A stretch of 64,000 bases of DNA from the NCBI GenBank assembly GCA_965219955.1, contig OZ244799.1:1824001-1888000 (forward strand), given 5' to 3'. Source of the stretch: a bacterium (GTDB lineage Bacteria > UBA8248). Made by a program: the position numbers and the translations under genes. Below the pieces are notes generated by a model. That model saw nothing but the letters and a program-made list of their open reading frames with translations. It was not told the origin of the DNA and searched no databases. Below are positions 29,398-40,230 of the stretch, in pieces. Positions within the stretch are counted from its first letter, which is position 1; every line of letters starts with the position of its first letter.

Positions 29398-31872
29398 ATG
29401 AGGATCGCTTTGGCGGCCGTCGCCGCTTATGCAGTGCTGACGGTGATGATATCCCATGCCGGGCCTCTCGCGCCGGCCCCGCAGGTTATCGCCGAATACG
29501 ACCGCAAGTTCATCGAGCGGTCGGGCGCCCAGACGCTCGAGGAACTGTTGGACACCGGCATCATCCGCTACTTTTTCACCGGGGGACGAGATCTGCTCGT
29601 ACTGGTGAACGGCAGACCCTACGCCACCACCGGCCATAATCTGGACTCCCTGCCGCTCTCGGCCGTGGAGCGCATCGAGGTTCTGAGAGGAGAGAGTCTG
29701 AGCACGCTGGGCGGCCACGCCGCCGTAAACGGCGCGTTCAATATCGTGCTCAGAAAGGACCTGAACGGCTTCGAGGTGCGTACGGTTACGCGGATGCCGA
29801 GCAAGGACGGTGGCGACGGCTGGCAGGGCAGCCTCTTCTGGGGCGGCGCCGTCGGCAAGGGAGGACGCATGACCATCGGCGTGGACATATTGGATCGTCA
29901 GGAAATCCTCGGAAAGGACCGGGAACACAGCCGCTCCGAGTGGGTCAAGGGTGGCAGCTTCAGCCAGGCCAGGAATATCAGCGTCGGCGGCAACACCGTC
30001 TATGTCACCCAGAAAGACGACCAGGGAGAATTTGTCGGCTTGAGGTCGGTACCACTGGGGGACTGCGACCCGTCGCTAGGCTATGCCGGCCCGCTCAGCA
30101 ATCCGCCCGGTATCCGCACGGGCGACGAGGGCTGTGGTTACGCCTATGGAAACATCTGGTGGGACACACCCAGCTATGAGCAGAAGAGCGCCGTCCTGAA
30201 CCTGGAGTATCCGCTCGGAGAGGACGCCAAATTCCATCTGGACGCGAACATCAGTCAGGGCCACGGGGCGTTCCGCTACGCGCCGTCGATCGACGTGTTT
30301 TCCTTTACGCCGAACGAGACATTGCTGGATGAGCTCAAGAGAGCAGCAGGCTCAGACTTCCAGTTGGGAGAAAACGACGAATTCTCCGTGGGGCACCGCT
30401 TCATCGGCCACGGCAACCGTGACTGGGTGACGGACACCGAGGAATACGACGTTTCCGCAAGCGTTGAGGGTCGTCTGGCTGAAGGTCTCGGCTATGATGT
30501 GCGCGTCAGTGCCTACCGGCTGGACCATTCCGTGTCCGGCGACACCTTCGTGCATGCGGGCAGGATCAGGGAAGAGATCGAGAGCGGGGGTTACAACATC
30601 GCGAACCCGTTGGACCCGCGTAATTCCGCGGCGATCGAGAACAGCAGCTTGCAAGAGGAAAAAGATTCCAGTTCGGACTATCTCGGCGCCCGGCTGGCGC
30701 TGGAGGGCATTGGCTTCTCCATCGGCGGGCGCCCGGCGGCATGGACCGCAGGGGTCGAACTGGGGAGTGTGGACGCGCACCGCCTCCTGGTCTTCCGGGA
30801 CAGGGACGGACGAACCCATAAAGTGACCGAGGTGCTCGGTTCCGGCGGCACCAGCTATGCCGGCAAGCGCGACATCGCCGCGGCCTTTTGGGAGATGTCC
30901 CTGCCGCTGGCCGACAATCTGGAAATCAGGGTCGGGGGACGCGGCGATGAATACGACGATATCGGCGGATTGGAATCGTGGCGTTTTGGAGCCGAATACC
31001 GGCTGACCGGCATCGTCACGCTGCGCGGCTCTTGGAGCGCGGGCGACGCGTCGCCCTCCATGAGGCACCTCTACAGCGACGCGGCGCAGACCCACCCTTA
31101 TGTCGTTTGCGACCCCGGGAGCGGACCGCCGCCCCGCACATGCGATAGTCCGAACTACCGGCAGGTGACGCGCGAGACGAGCGGCAACCCGGGTCTCGAC
31201 CCCTCGGGCTCCGAGATGCTCTCTTTGGGCGCCGAGGCCCGCAAAGGGCCGTTCTATCTCGTCGCGGACTGGTACCGGCTCACAACATCCGACCAGGCGG
31301 GGCAGAACAGCGCCACCTGGGCCATGTTGAACCTGCAAGAATGCCAGGGCGGTAACCGAAACGACTGCATCGAGCGCATCGGCGGCGACATCACCATTCA
31401 CCACAGCTTTGCGAACATTGTCGATACCGATATTTCGGGCGTGAATTTCCGGTACGGCGCGCGGACGAGAACGGCGTGGGGCGTTATCGGGATGCGCGGG
31501 TTCTGGCGGCGCGTCATCAGCTCCGAACAGCAAATCGCGGACGAAAAGCAGCGGTATCCCCTCCCCAAGGATGCCGTCCGCGTCGTCGTCTCGGCCGGGC
31601 GCGGCAACCTCACCGCTTTCTGGTCCACGAACTACCGCTCCGAAATCGAGAATCAGTCGGACGAAGGGAGGTTCAAGTCCTGGACCGGCCACGATGTAAC
31701 ACTCGACTGGAAGCGGCCGCTGGGGTGGGAAGACGTGCGGGTGACCGCAGGCGTGTACAACGTCACCGATTCCAAGCTCTCGACGAATACAGCCAACCCC
31801 TCCCTTGTGGACGGACCCACCGCGGCCGGTTGGGGCCGCACCTTCTTCCTCACCCTCAACATGCGGTTCTGA
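29398..31872 (+). CDS. TonB-dependent receptor
   Basis: Signal peptide, plug motif LVLVNG..LPLSAVERIEVLRG, barrel strands, terminal GRTFFLTLNMRF. Confidence 0.88.
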   Translation: MRIALAAVAAYAVLTVMISHAGPLAPAPQVIAEYDRKFIERSGAQTLEELLDTGIIRYFFTGGRDLLVLVNGRPYATTGHNLDSLPLSAVERIEVLRGESLSTLGGHAAVNGAFNIVLRKDLNGFEVRTVTRMPSKDGGDGWQGSLFWGGAVGKGGRMTIGVDILDRQEILGKDREHSRSEWVKGGSFSQARNISVGGNTVYVTQKDDQGEFVGLRSVPLGDCDPSLGYAGPLSNPPGIRTGDEGCGYAYGNIWWDTPSYEQKSAVLNLEYPLGEDAKFHLDANISQGHGAFRYAPSIDVFSFTPNETLLDELKRAAGSDFQLGENDEFSVGHRFIGHGNRDWVTDTEEYDVSASVEGRLAEGLGYDVRVSAYRLDHSVSGDTFVHAGRIREEIESGGYNIANPLDPRNSAAIENSSLQEEKDSSSDYLGARLALEGIGFSIGGRPAAWTAGVELGSVDAHRLLVFRDRDGRTHKVTEVLGSGGTSYAGKRDIAAAFWEMSLPLADNLEIRVGGRGDEYDDIGGLESWRFGAEYRLTGIVTLRGSWSAGDASPSMRHLYSDAAQTHPYVVCDPGSGPPPRTCDSPNYRQVTRETSGNPGLDPSGSEMLSLGAEARKGPFYLVADWYRLTTSDQAGQNSATWAMLNLQECQGGNRNDCIERIGGDITIHHSFANIVDTDISGVNFRYGARTRTAWGVIGMRGFWRRVISSEQQIADEKQRYPLPKDAVRVVVSAGRGNLTAFWSTNYRSEIENQSDEGRFKSWTGHDVTLDWKRPLGWEDVRVTAGVYNVTDSKLSTNTANPSLVDGPTAAGWGRTFFLTLNMRF

Positions 31873-31929
31873 GGGTCCGTTCGAGAATCTTCAGGGACAG
31901 ACGGTGGAGCGGAATCCGGTCGATGATGA

Positions 31930-32345
31930 ATGCGGTTTTCCTGTAACTCCAACCCCCGGTCCGAGCGGGTTTTCTCCATCGCCGGCGTCCGCCGCTCCAT
32001 GGTTCGCGCCGCCTCGTTCGATTTCTCCGCCCCGATGCTCTCCGCCTTGCCCGCTCCTATCGCCTCGAGCGCCGCGACCCGCTCCCCCGTCGCGGCTTCG
32101 AGCCGCTCGCGCAGGGCCTTCGCGTCGTCGGTCACGAGTTCCGCCCGGTCCCGGGCGCGGCTGATCTCGACGTAGAGCGTCTTCTGGTTGGTGAGGTAGG
32201 GGTGGTTCGCTTCCATGGCGGCGATGACGGTATCGACAGTCTGGCCCTGGAAGGCGTGGACGGTCGAGGCCCAGGCGCGGTCGATATGGCGAAGCTGGGG
32301 AACGCCGGCGGTCATGCCGAGCGTGCGCCCGTCCTCGACCCGGTC
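31930..32345 (-). pseudogene. C-terminal helicase remnant of a TrwC/TraI-type conjugative relaxase
   Basis: QLRHIDRAWASTVHAFQGQTVD...LYVEISRARDRAELVTDD (SF1 motifs V/VI); no upstream part present. Confidence 0.8.
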
Positions 32346-32356
32346 CTGGCCGGGAA

Positions 32357-33199
32357 TCACTGCTTGAGATCGAACCGCTCCATCCAGTCCCTGCCCTTGA
32401 ACCAGTAGCGGTGCCGCTTTTCCAGCCAGCCGTTCGCCTTGTTGACCATGATCCAGTTCGAGAAGAAGCGCAGCGCGTCCGGGTCTCCCTTGCGCAGACC
32501 GAACGCCTCGTCGCTTTCGGAGAGGTTCTCCGTGGTCGGCAGGAATATCCGCTCCGGGTGGGCGCCGGCCCATACCACAGGCTGCGGGTAGGAGGAGAGG
32601 ACCGCATGCGCGTTGCCGCTCAGGACTTCGCGCAACGCCCGGGCGTCGTCGTCGAACCTGCGAACCCCCGCCTTGGGGAACAGCCGCTCGACGTCGCTGC
32701 ACGAGGTGGTGCCGCGGCGGCACGAGAAGGTCACCCCTGCGCGGTCGTAGTCGTCCGGCCACTTCATGTCCGCGGCCATCGCCCTGTTGGCCGCGACCCC
32801 CATGCCGGAGTGCGCGTAGGGAACGGTGAAGTCGATGACGAGCATGCGGCGGGGACGCACGCTCATGCCCGCGATGATCACGTCGAACTCGCCGGCGATC
32901 AAGGCGGGGATGAGCCCCTGCCAGGGTGCCGGGACGAACTCGATATCCACGCCCATGTCCCTCGCGACTTTCTTCGCGACGTCGATCTCGAACCCGACCA
33001 GTTCTCCGTTCCTCGTCCGCATCGCCCAGGGCACGAAAATCGACATGCCGGCCCTGAGCACCCCGCGTTTCCTGATCGTCTCGACGACGCTCCCGGACAC
33101 GGGCTGATTCGGTCCGCTCTGCGCGGCCGCCCCGGCCGCGACCGCCACGACGAGCGCGGCGGCCAAGAGCGGTTTCCATGCCGCCCTGGTCCACCCCAT
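32357..33199 (-). CDS. Amino-acid ABC transporter substrate-binding protein (family 3), orphan
   Basis: Signal peptide, GFEIDVAK, WQGLIPALIAGEFDVIIAGMS, IDFTVPY. Confidence 0.9.
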   Translation of the reverse strand: MGWTRAAWKPLLAAALVVAVAAGAAAQSGPNQPVSGSVVETIRKRGVLRAGMSIFVPWAMRTRNGELVGFEIDVAKKVARDMGVDIEFVPAPWQGLIPALIAGEFDVIIAGMSVRPRRMLVIDFTVPYAHSGMGVAANRAMAADMKWPDDYDRAGVTFSCRRGTTSCSDVERLFPKAGVRRFDDDARALREVLSGNAHAVLSSYPQPVVWAGAHPERIFLPTTENLSESDEAFGLRKGDPDALRFFSNWIMVNKANGWLEKRHRYWFKGRDWMERFDLKQ

Positions 33200-33557
33200 C
33201 GCCTTATCCCCTCTCCCGTGGCGCAGGCAGTCTTTTGCTCGTGCCCGCGCACCGTACCCGTTGAAATCCCGCCGATACGAACATATCCGCATGAAAACCG
33301 CAAGAACGACCCGGGCGCCGGTGCGCTCATGGCCTCATCCGTCGCGCTCCGTCACGTTTGGGTTTCCCTGAAAAAAACTTGATATCGATCTCCTGAAGCG
33401 AAAGAATAGAGATATATACGCGGCGCCGCCCTCCGGAGCGGCTCTCCATGTTTTCGGAGAAGCGGGAGCCGGGCGACTCTCAGTTGAAACGCGTGAGGAT
33501 CGGCTCTGCGCGGAGCGAAATCATGCAAACGTCCGTAGCGGGCGGCAGAGCGCAAGG

Positions 33558-34964
33558 ATGGATGAAACCATGAACGCGCCGAGGAAGTTCAGGGACCTGC
33601 CGGGTCCGGTGGGCCTGCCTTTCATCGGAAACCTACACCAGGTCCGTTTCGAGAGGCTCCACCTGGTTCTCGAGGAATGGGCGCTGCGCTACGGGCCCAT
33701 ATACCGGATGGCCATGGGAACTCGTCCCCATGCAGTTGTCTCTGACCCCGGCGCCATCGGGCGGATGCTGGGCCGGCGGCCCCACGGTTTCCGGCGCGCG
33801 AGCCCGCTCGGCCCCGTGGCCGAAGAGATGGGCCTCGCAGGCGTCTTCGCCGCCGAGGGAGAGGACTGGCGCCGCCAGCGGCGCATCGTCTCCTCCGCCC
33901 TGAGCCCCGAGCGGCTGCGGCGTTTTTTCCCCGAACTCGTGAAGAGCGTGGAGCGCCTGAGAGAGCGCTGGGAGGGCCTGGCCGACAAGGGAGAGGCGTT
34001 CGACCCCGCCGATGAGCTGATGCGTTTCACGGTCGAGGTCACCATGCAACTCGCCCTGGGCGTGGACCCCGAGGCGTCGGAAACCACAGGCCGCCTGATC
34101 AGGCGGCATCTCGACAAAATCTTTCCGGTCCTGCACAGGCGCGTGAACATGCCGTATCCCTACTGGCGGTGGTTCAGCCTGCCGTCCGACCGCGCGCTCG
34201 AGGGCGCCCTGGCCGAACTCAGGGCACAGGTCCACGGGATGATCCGCACCGCGAGGGAGCGCATGGACGCGGACCCCGCGAGGCGCGCCTCGCCCGGGAA
34301 TTTTCTGGAAGCCGTACTGGCGGCGTCAGAAGGCGGAGAACCCGGATTCTCCGATGAGGAGATATTCGCCAACGCCGTCACCCTCCTGCTCGCAGGAGAG
34401 GATACGACAGCGAACACGCTCGCCTGGACGCTCCACTACTTCACCGGATATCCGGAACATTTCGCTCGGGCCCGCGAGGAAGTGGACGCGGCGCTCGGTC
34501 CGGCCCTGGCCATCGAGACGCCCGGGCAGACGGAACGCCTCGCTTTTGTCGACGCCTTCTGCGAGGAGGTCATGCGCCTGAGGCCCGTCGCGCCGATCAT
34601 CGCCCTGGAACCCATCGCGGACGAGGATGTGGTCGGTTGCCGGATCCCGGGGGGAACGCCCGTCCTCCTGCTTACGCGACACGCCGCGACGCGCGAAGAA
34701 GGTTCCGCTCGCTTTGAGCCTGAGCGGCGGCTCGCGCCGCAAGAGGGGGCGGTCTTCTTCCCGTTCGGGGGCGGGCCGCGCCTTTGTCCGGGGCGCAATC
34801 TCGCCCTGCTCGAGATGCGCACCGTGCTGGCCATGCTGTGCAGGAACTTCGACGTGGAGCCCGTCCCGCCGACCGAGGAGGTGGGCGAACGCCTCGCCTT
34901 CACCATGGCGCCCGCCAACCTCTCCGTACGCCTGAGGCGCAGGAGCGGCGCCGGTTCTTCCTGA
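33558..34964 (+). CDS. Cytochrome P450
   Basis: AGEDTT I-helix, EVMR (ExxR), FPFGGGPRLCPG haem ligand. Confidence 0.93.
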   Translation: MDETMNAPRKFRDLPGPVGLPFIGNLHQVRFERLHLVLEEWALRYGPIYRMAMGTRPHAVVSDPGAIGRMLGRRPHGFRRASPLGPVAEEMGLAGVFAAEGEDWRRQRRIVSSALSPERLRRFFPELVKSVERLRERWEGLADKGEAFDPADELMRFTVEVTMQLALGVDPEASETTGRLIRRHLDKIFPVLHRRVNMPYPYWRWFSLPSDRALEGALAELRAQVHGMIRTARERMDADPARRASPGNFLEAVLAASEGGEPGFSDEEIFANAVTLLLAGEDTTANTLAWTLHYFTGYPEHFARAREEVDAALGPALAIETPGQTERLAFVDAFCEEVMRLRPVAPIIALEPIADEDVVGCRIPGGTPVLLLTRHAATREEGSARFEPERRLAPQEGAVFFPFGGGPRLCPGRNLALLEMRTVLAMLCRNFDVEPVPPTEEVGERLAFTMAPANLSVRLRRRSGAGSS

Positions 34965-35683
34965 AACGCGCGACAGGCCCGGGAAGATACCGCTCTCTCC
35001 CAAGAACCCTTCCGTCGCGGCGGGTATCCCGGCTTCCCGAAAGGCATCCTCGTCGTATTCGTAGAGCGAGAAAATGTCTCCCGTGCTTCGGTCGAGCCAG
35101 GTCCTTATTTCCGTTCCTTTCCGAATTGTATGTGATCGCGCGTATGCGCCATGAGTGGGACCGGGCCGGACGACCCGGCCCCGCTACCGTTTTCCAAAGG
35201 GGCCACCCCTCCCGCCCTCAAGGAGACGGCTTGGCGGGAGGGGCGGCTGACCGCTTCTCCCAAAGGCAGTCCCTGACCACCCCGTAAAAGGAACAGACCG
35301 AAGCGGCGGAATCCACAGCTTCTTTCAGCATCGTCCCGACGGACCCGCAACGGTATGCGGCTCCCCCGGATCCGTGCAGATGTATAGTACGAAAACATCC
35401 CGCCTGCAAGGATTTTTTATATCCAGTTTCCTGCGTTTTCGCGCCATACGCAGACTCGCATACGACCGGCTGCACAGGGGTATGACAAAAAAATTTTCCG
35501 CAGCATACCTCACACGGTCCCGAAGGCCGCCGGGACCGGGCGGCCGCTCATCGCGCACTTCCCCCGGACTGCGCCCTGCACCCGAAAGAGGCAGAGTCTG
35601 GCGGGAGGCGGGCGTGGGAGCCGGGGCCTGAGAGGCCGGGCGGCGCCTGCCCTCCCTTCACCCACAGCACCGGAGGCACGGCC

Positions 35684-36010
35684 ATGACGAACGACAATCC
35701 ATCCCGCTCCGCGAGGCTACTCGTCCTCGCGGGACTTGGCCTGGCCCTCCTCGCCACGATTCTCTCTCTCGTGACAGGGAGCGGCCTCCGCCCTTTGGGT
35801 GCCATCTGGGTCTGTGCCGCCCTCTGGAGCCTCCTCACGGCTCTCTGCTGCGTCCTGTGGCGGGGGTTCCGCCACGGGGACTGGTCCGCCTTTCATCGCT
35901 ACGAACTGCGCGACGGGAAAGAAGAGGACTTCGAGTGGGCTTCCCGCACTGGCCGTTACGCCTGGCGCCGCGAACTGGAGGAGCAGGAGCTGTTCGGCCA
36001 GGACACGTAG
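35684..36010 (+). CDS. Small two-helix membrane protein
   Basis: GGAGG RBS, two hydrophobic segments, charged tail. Confidence 0.6.
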   Translation: MTNDNPSRSARLLVLAGLGLALLATILSLVTGSGLRPLGAIWVCAALWSLLTALCCVLWRGFRHGDWSAFHRYELRDGKEEDFEWASRTGRYAWRRELEEQELFGQDT

Positions 36011-36039
36011 AAAAGCCACAGGTGCGCGATGCGTAAACT

Positions 36040-36665
36040 AAAAAGAGAAGCGGACACCTTCCTCACCCACCTGTTGAGCCGGGGACTGGCGGACGAGCGC
36101 TAAGAAGTGAAACGCTACAAGTCCGCCGATGGCGACATCCGCCCCGTCGCCCCGGCAGAGACGGACAAAAACAAGAAAAAGCGCGTGACCGCTTCGCGCC
36201 GGGCGGTGCGCGAGAGGATGAGGAAGCGCAGGCGAGAGTAGGTGAAGGCGGGGTTGTGCTCTCGCTGCGGATGTGCGCTTCGTGCGCCGCAAAAGAAGCA
36301 AAACGCCGGGCGCGCTATCGCGACAGGCGGGCCCGGGGGCTTTGCGTCGACTACGTTGTCGATGCGGACGCAGGGGTGAGATGTACTGCGCCGATCATAT
36401 CACTCCTCGGGAGAGCACAAGGGGATGCCCGTCTATCCGCCACTCTTCACCATGGTCGAGCTCGCCACCGGCATCGAGCACGGACCTCTCGACTCCTGGG
36501 AGGAGGTGGCCATGTGCCTCGCGTTCAGCAAACTCTCGCGGGATGAGGTGGAGGTGGTTACGGACAGCCCGGTGATGGCAACTCTCAACGGCTACTGAGC
36601 GCCGACTCACGGCCGGGCCTGCACTTGCAGCCGGCCTGCCGTCCGCCGGGGCACGTGCTGCCGTA
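36040..36665 (+). pseudogene. Degenerate, internally deleted copy of 40231-41497
   Basis: Shares TTCCTCACCCACCTGTT, GAAGTGAAACGCTACAAGTCCGCCGATGGCGACATC, GGACCTCTCGACTCCTGGGAGGAGGT and GGCCGGGCCTGCACTTGCAGCCGGCCT; has stops and frameshifts. Confidence 0.85.
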
Positions 36666-37149
36666 TGTGGACAACCCCGTAAATGCAAGCATGTCAGTTG
36701 AACGACTCGGGGTCCGTGGTCAGGTGCAGTCGTATGTCCGGCCTCTTGGTGCGGCATATAACTCGCCGCGGGCCCGTATGGAGATGCGCGGCTCGGGCCC
36801 AATTCGTCCGGGCGAGCCAGGGAACTCTCGGCTGCACCCTGCTTTTCCCGACCCTGTTTCATTGGCCATTTTCCCTTACCCGTCCTCCGACCTGCTCACA
36901 TTCCCGGATAATCCGTTTGCCTGCTGCTCAGGCGACCGGCGCCGGTTCCTTGTAGACTTCTTTCTTTGTAATCAGCGCCCAGGCGAGAGTCCGATCCGGA
37001 CATCGAAACCGTCATCCGGACAAATGCAAATCGGCCTGTGGCGAGCTGATACTCTCACACTCTCAATCGCCACGCGGAGGCTTCAGAAACTTATTCGCTC
37101 CCGGTTGGATGGTGTTGCGACTCTCGGTTTTCGTCTCGTCTCAGCCGAG

Positions 37150-38208
37150 TCAGAAGCCGTACCTCACCGTAACGACGGCCCTAGTTCCCCTGGATGCGAT
37201 GAGGTCCACGCCGCCGAGGCTCACCCTCGCATCTTCATAGTTGAGACCGAAATCGGCGGACAATCCCCGTGCCAGGTCGTATTGAACGCCCAGGGCGGCG
37301 GAGGTTTTCTCTATGCCCTCGACCCTGCCGTAGTGGCCTTCCAGGGATAGACTCACAACGCCGATTTTGATGCGAACGCCCGATGAGACGTACCATTGAT
37401 CGAACTCCAGGCCGGGGGACGAGAGGGTTTCATACCCTAAACCTAAATCGAACGAGGCGCTCCCGTAGATGAGTTCGCCCGCGCCGCTCACGGCTTTCGT
37501 GTCGAACCGCCTTACCCCGTCGGCGGAGGTGAAAGCGCCTTGGGTGTATCGCGTGGTCAGTCGATAGTCCCGCTCGGCGATGGGACGCTGATACATCGCC
37601 CCGAAGTCGAAATCCCCCTCCTCGTCCACCACTGCGCTCAGGACCCAGGGGCCCATGCGAACCAGATAGCCGCCGCCCCATTTTTCCAGCGAGCCGAATA
37701 CGTCGTCGAATGAGAGAGATGCCGCTCCCGCTCCCCCCGCGCGCCGTGTCTGATCGCGAACGAGCTCCGAGACGTTGCCGGCAGCCGCTGTGCCCCACGC
37801 GCCGCCGACGGAGAGCGTGACGTCGTCCTCGTAGTCCTCATCCTCTCTGGAGGCGAAGCCCGCGTCGGGGTTTTCCTGCGGGTCGGTGGCGTAGCGGCCC
37901 GTATAGCTCAGGCGCACCCGCCAGCGGTTGGGCAACTGCGTCCGTGCGCCGAGCTGAAAGCGGCTGCTGAAACTTTCGTCCGAATCATCGCTTTCGCGGC
38001 GATACGTCCACCCGCCTTCCGCCATGCCTCCCGCGAGGAGCGTCACGTCGCCGATCTCGACCGCGAGAGGGGCTTCGAGCAGAGACATCTCGTCGTAGTT
38101 GAGAAAGATTTCCTGCGCCCAGGCGGGCCTGACAGTCCCGATGACGCAGAAGAAAACAACCGCCGCCCATATAAGGCGAAACCTGCGGTTCGTGCTTCGT
38201 CTCGCCAT
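37150..38208 (-). CDS. Porin-like outer-membrane beta-barrel
   Basis: Signal peptide ending AWA, alternating amphipathic strands, terminal VTVRYGF. Confidence 0.75.
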   Translation of the reverse strand: MARRSTNRRFRLIWAAVVFFCVIGTVRPAWAQEIFLNYDEMSLLEAPLAVEIGDVTLLAGGMAEGGWTYRRESDDSDESFSSRFQLGARTQLPNRWRVRLSYTGRYATDPQENPDAGFASREDEDYEDDVTLSVGGAWGTAAAGNVSELVRDQTRRAGGAGAASLSFDDVFGSLEKWGGGYLVRMGPWVLSAVVDEEGDFDFGAMYQRPIAERDYRLTTRYTQGAFTSADGVRRFDTKAVSGAGELIYGSASFDLGLGYETLSSPGLEFDQWYVSSGVRIKIGVVSLSLEGHYGRVEGIEKTSAALGVQYDLARGLSADFGLNYEDARVSLGGVDLIASRGTRAVVTVRYGF

Positions 38209-38212
38209 GTTC

Positions 38213-39589
38213 TCAAACCTTTTTCGGAAAGGTGGAATAAAACGCCTGGCGCGCGATGGCCCGGCCGGCCTTCATCCCCGCGGTGTGGTCGATCTCCCAG
38301 TGAACGCCGCCGCAGATGCGGCTCATGCCGTTTTCCTCCGCCATCCGGGAGAGGCTCCTCCAGTGCCTGGTGACGCCCTTGAGTTGCGGCCACAGGACCT
38401 GGTCGGGCGAGCGGCCCGAGAACGAAACGTCGTCGCGGCCATGTATCAGCGCGATCAACTCGGCGGCGGCTGCGCCGAAAGTGGAATGGCCCGCGGGATA
38501 GGCGGGAAATTCCGGTGTCGGGATGAAGCTGCGCCAGCCGGGGTGAAGTTTTACGCGCGGGTCGGGGTTGGCGAATTTGGGCGCGCGGGCGCGGATGGCC
38601 GTTTCCGGGCGGAGGATGTCGTGGTGGTACTTGGCGTCCCATGCGCATATCGAGGCGTCGCACTGCGTCATGCCGACCAGGGCGAGGGCGCGCGCAAGCT
38701 CGATGAAAGAGAGCCCCCGATCCTGGAGAATCTGCATGGCGATGTAGATCATATGCCCCGGCGGGGTGATGCCCCAGGGACCGTCCTCCCAGAAGAGCGC
38801 GATCTCGGACTGCTCGGCAGTGCGGACTTTACTGTCCACGCCTCCGATGCGGCGGATATTGTCGAACTCCTCGGCGAACTCCGGGCTTTTCGGGTCATGG
38901 AAGTCCGATCCGCGAAACTGCGAGCCGCTCTTCATCGTCCAGGGCTTGATCCGCCCGTGTCCCGGCGCAAGCCCCCGCTCGAAGGAGGCGAACGCAGGAC
39001 CAGGCCTGGCGCCGTAGAACGGGCCGGTGGGGCGCCACCTTAACGAGTCCGTGCGCCGCTCGTAGCGGCCCAGGTAATAGTTGACCTCGCTGGGCTCGGC
39101 GCCGTCGTTCGTCCGCAAGTCGAGCACCTTGCGGGCGGCGGCGCGGCCCCACCGGACGCCGAGGTCTTTCGCCTCGCCCCCGGGGAAGCGATCCAGAAAG
39201 GCCATACGCTCGAAGAGGAAGGGCTGCTGGAACGCTTCCGCCGCCGCGTCGGCGAAAGCCACGCCGTAGGCGACTTCCGGGTCCGCGCCGCGCGGGCCGG
39301 GGCCGATACCAAAGGGCTCCTCGTATGCCCGGAGAATCCCGTTCGCGGCGAGGAAACCGGCGGCCAGGGGCAGGCTGCAGCAGTATGCCGCCAGAGGCGG
39401 GGTGACCCTCTGATCCCGCACCTGCTGCAAGGCCTTATCGACCCAGTGGAAAACAGTGTTCCGGTTTTGGGGCTTGATGATCTGGCTCGTGTAGGACGTT
39501 TTGGGGTCTTGGCTGCCGATGCAGCCGGTTGCGAGGAGCGCGGAGGCGGCCGCCGCGTTCCTCAGGAATTGCCTCCTCGTGCAGTTCAT
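38213..39589 (-). CDS. Vanadium-dependent haloperoxidase (PAP2 superfamily), Tat-exported, possible lipoprotein
   Basis: TRRQFL Tat motif, LATGC lipobox-like; K(YHHDIL)RP, PAYPAGH, SRICGGVHW vanadate-binding motifs. Confidence 0.85.
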   Translation of the reverse strand: MNCTRRQFLRNAAAASALLATGCIGSQDPKTSYTSQIIKPQNRNTVFHWVDKALQQVRDQRVTPPLAAYCCSLPLAAGFLAANGILRAYEEPFGIGPGPRGADPEVAYGVAFADAAAEAFQQPFLFERMAFLDRFPGGEAKDLGVRWGRAAARKVLDLRTNDGAEPSEVNYYLGRYERRTDSLRWRPTGPFYGARPGPAFASFERGLAPGHGRIKPWTMKSGSQFRGSDFHDPKSPEFAEEFDNIRRIGGVDSKVRTAEQSEIALFWEDGPWGITPPGHMIYIAMQILQDRGLSFIELARALALVGMTQCDASICAWDAKYHHDILRPETAIRARAPKFANPDPRVKLHPGWRSFIPTPEFPAYPAGHSTFGAAAAELIALIHGRDDVSFSGRSPDQVLWPQLKGVTRHWRSLSRMAEENGMSRICGGVHWEIDHTAGMKAGRAIARQAFYSTFPKKV

Positions 39590-39697
39590 TGCTCGGGTCC
39601 TTTATGGATTCATTGGGCGAAGATGAAACGGATTCTGTCGCAACGTGTGAGGGGTTTACGTCTGGAGCCGGGGTCTTCGGCAGGAGTGCGATCTAAT

Positions 39698-39767
39698 CTT
39701 GAGGCTTGAGGCTTGAGGCTTGAGGCTTGAGGCTTGAGGCTTGAGGCTTGAGGCTTGAGGCTTGAGG
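39698..39767. repeat. Perfect tandem repeat (CTTGAGG)10
   Basis: Ten exact 7-mers counted. Confidence 0.97.
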
Positions 39768-40230
39768 TCTTCCCGATCATGCCGGAACCGGGGCGCAAGG
39801 GCAAACCCCGGAGCCTCGGATTACTGGTTCTCAGACAAAACATCTCGCATGCCTTCACAAAACGACGGGCATCGAAGACACCCGAGAGCGGACTTCATGG
39901 AAAAAGAGAGCACACAGTCTCTTCCAGGGATATCTTTGCGTGCCGGATTTCCCGAAAGACCGATACGCCCCGTTACGTGAAACAATTTGGAGAGTTCATA
40001 CCTGAATCACTGCCGGTTTGTCAAGCCAAAACAAGGCGTTAGCGAGTGACCCCCCCCACCCCTTTTCCCGGCGGCGTTCCCGGAATCGATTGGACTGGGA
40101 GTTTGTGCGGCTGTGCACGGAGCGCTCCGCGCCCGAAAGAGGCCGAGTCCGGCCGGGAGGGGGCGGCGGCGGAGAGTCGGTGAGAGGCTCGTTTCCGGCG
40201 CCGTCATCCACCCACCCAAGGAGGCGCGCG

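Noticed and set aside
31653-33194. 513-aa ORF as a full relaxase
   Set aside because: Only ~140 aa are helicase-like; the rest is an alternate frame of the binding-protein gene
39610-39858. ORF with SSLKPQA repeats
   Set aside because: Just the translation of the heptamer repeat; no other coding signal
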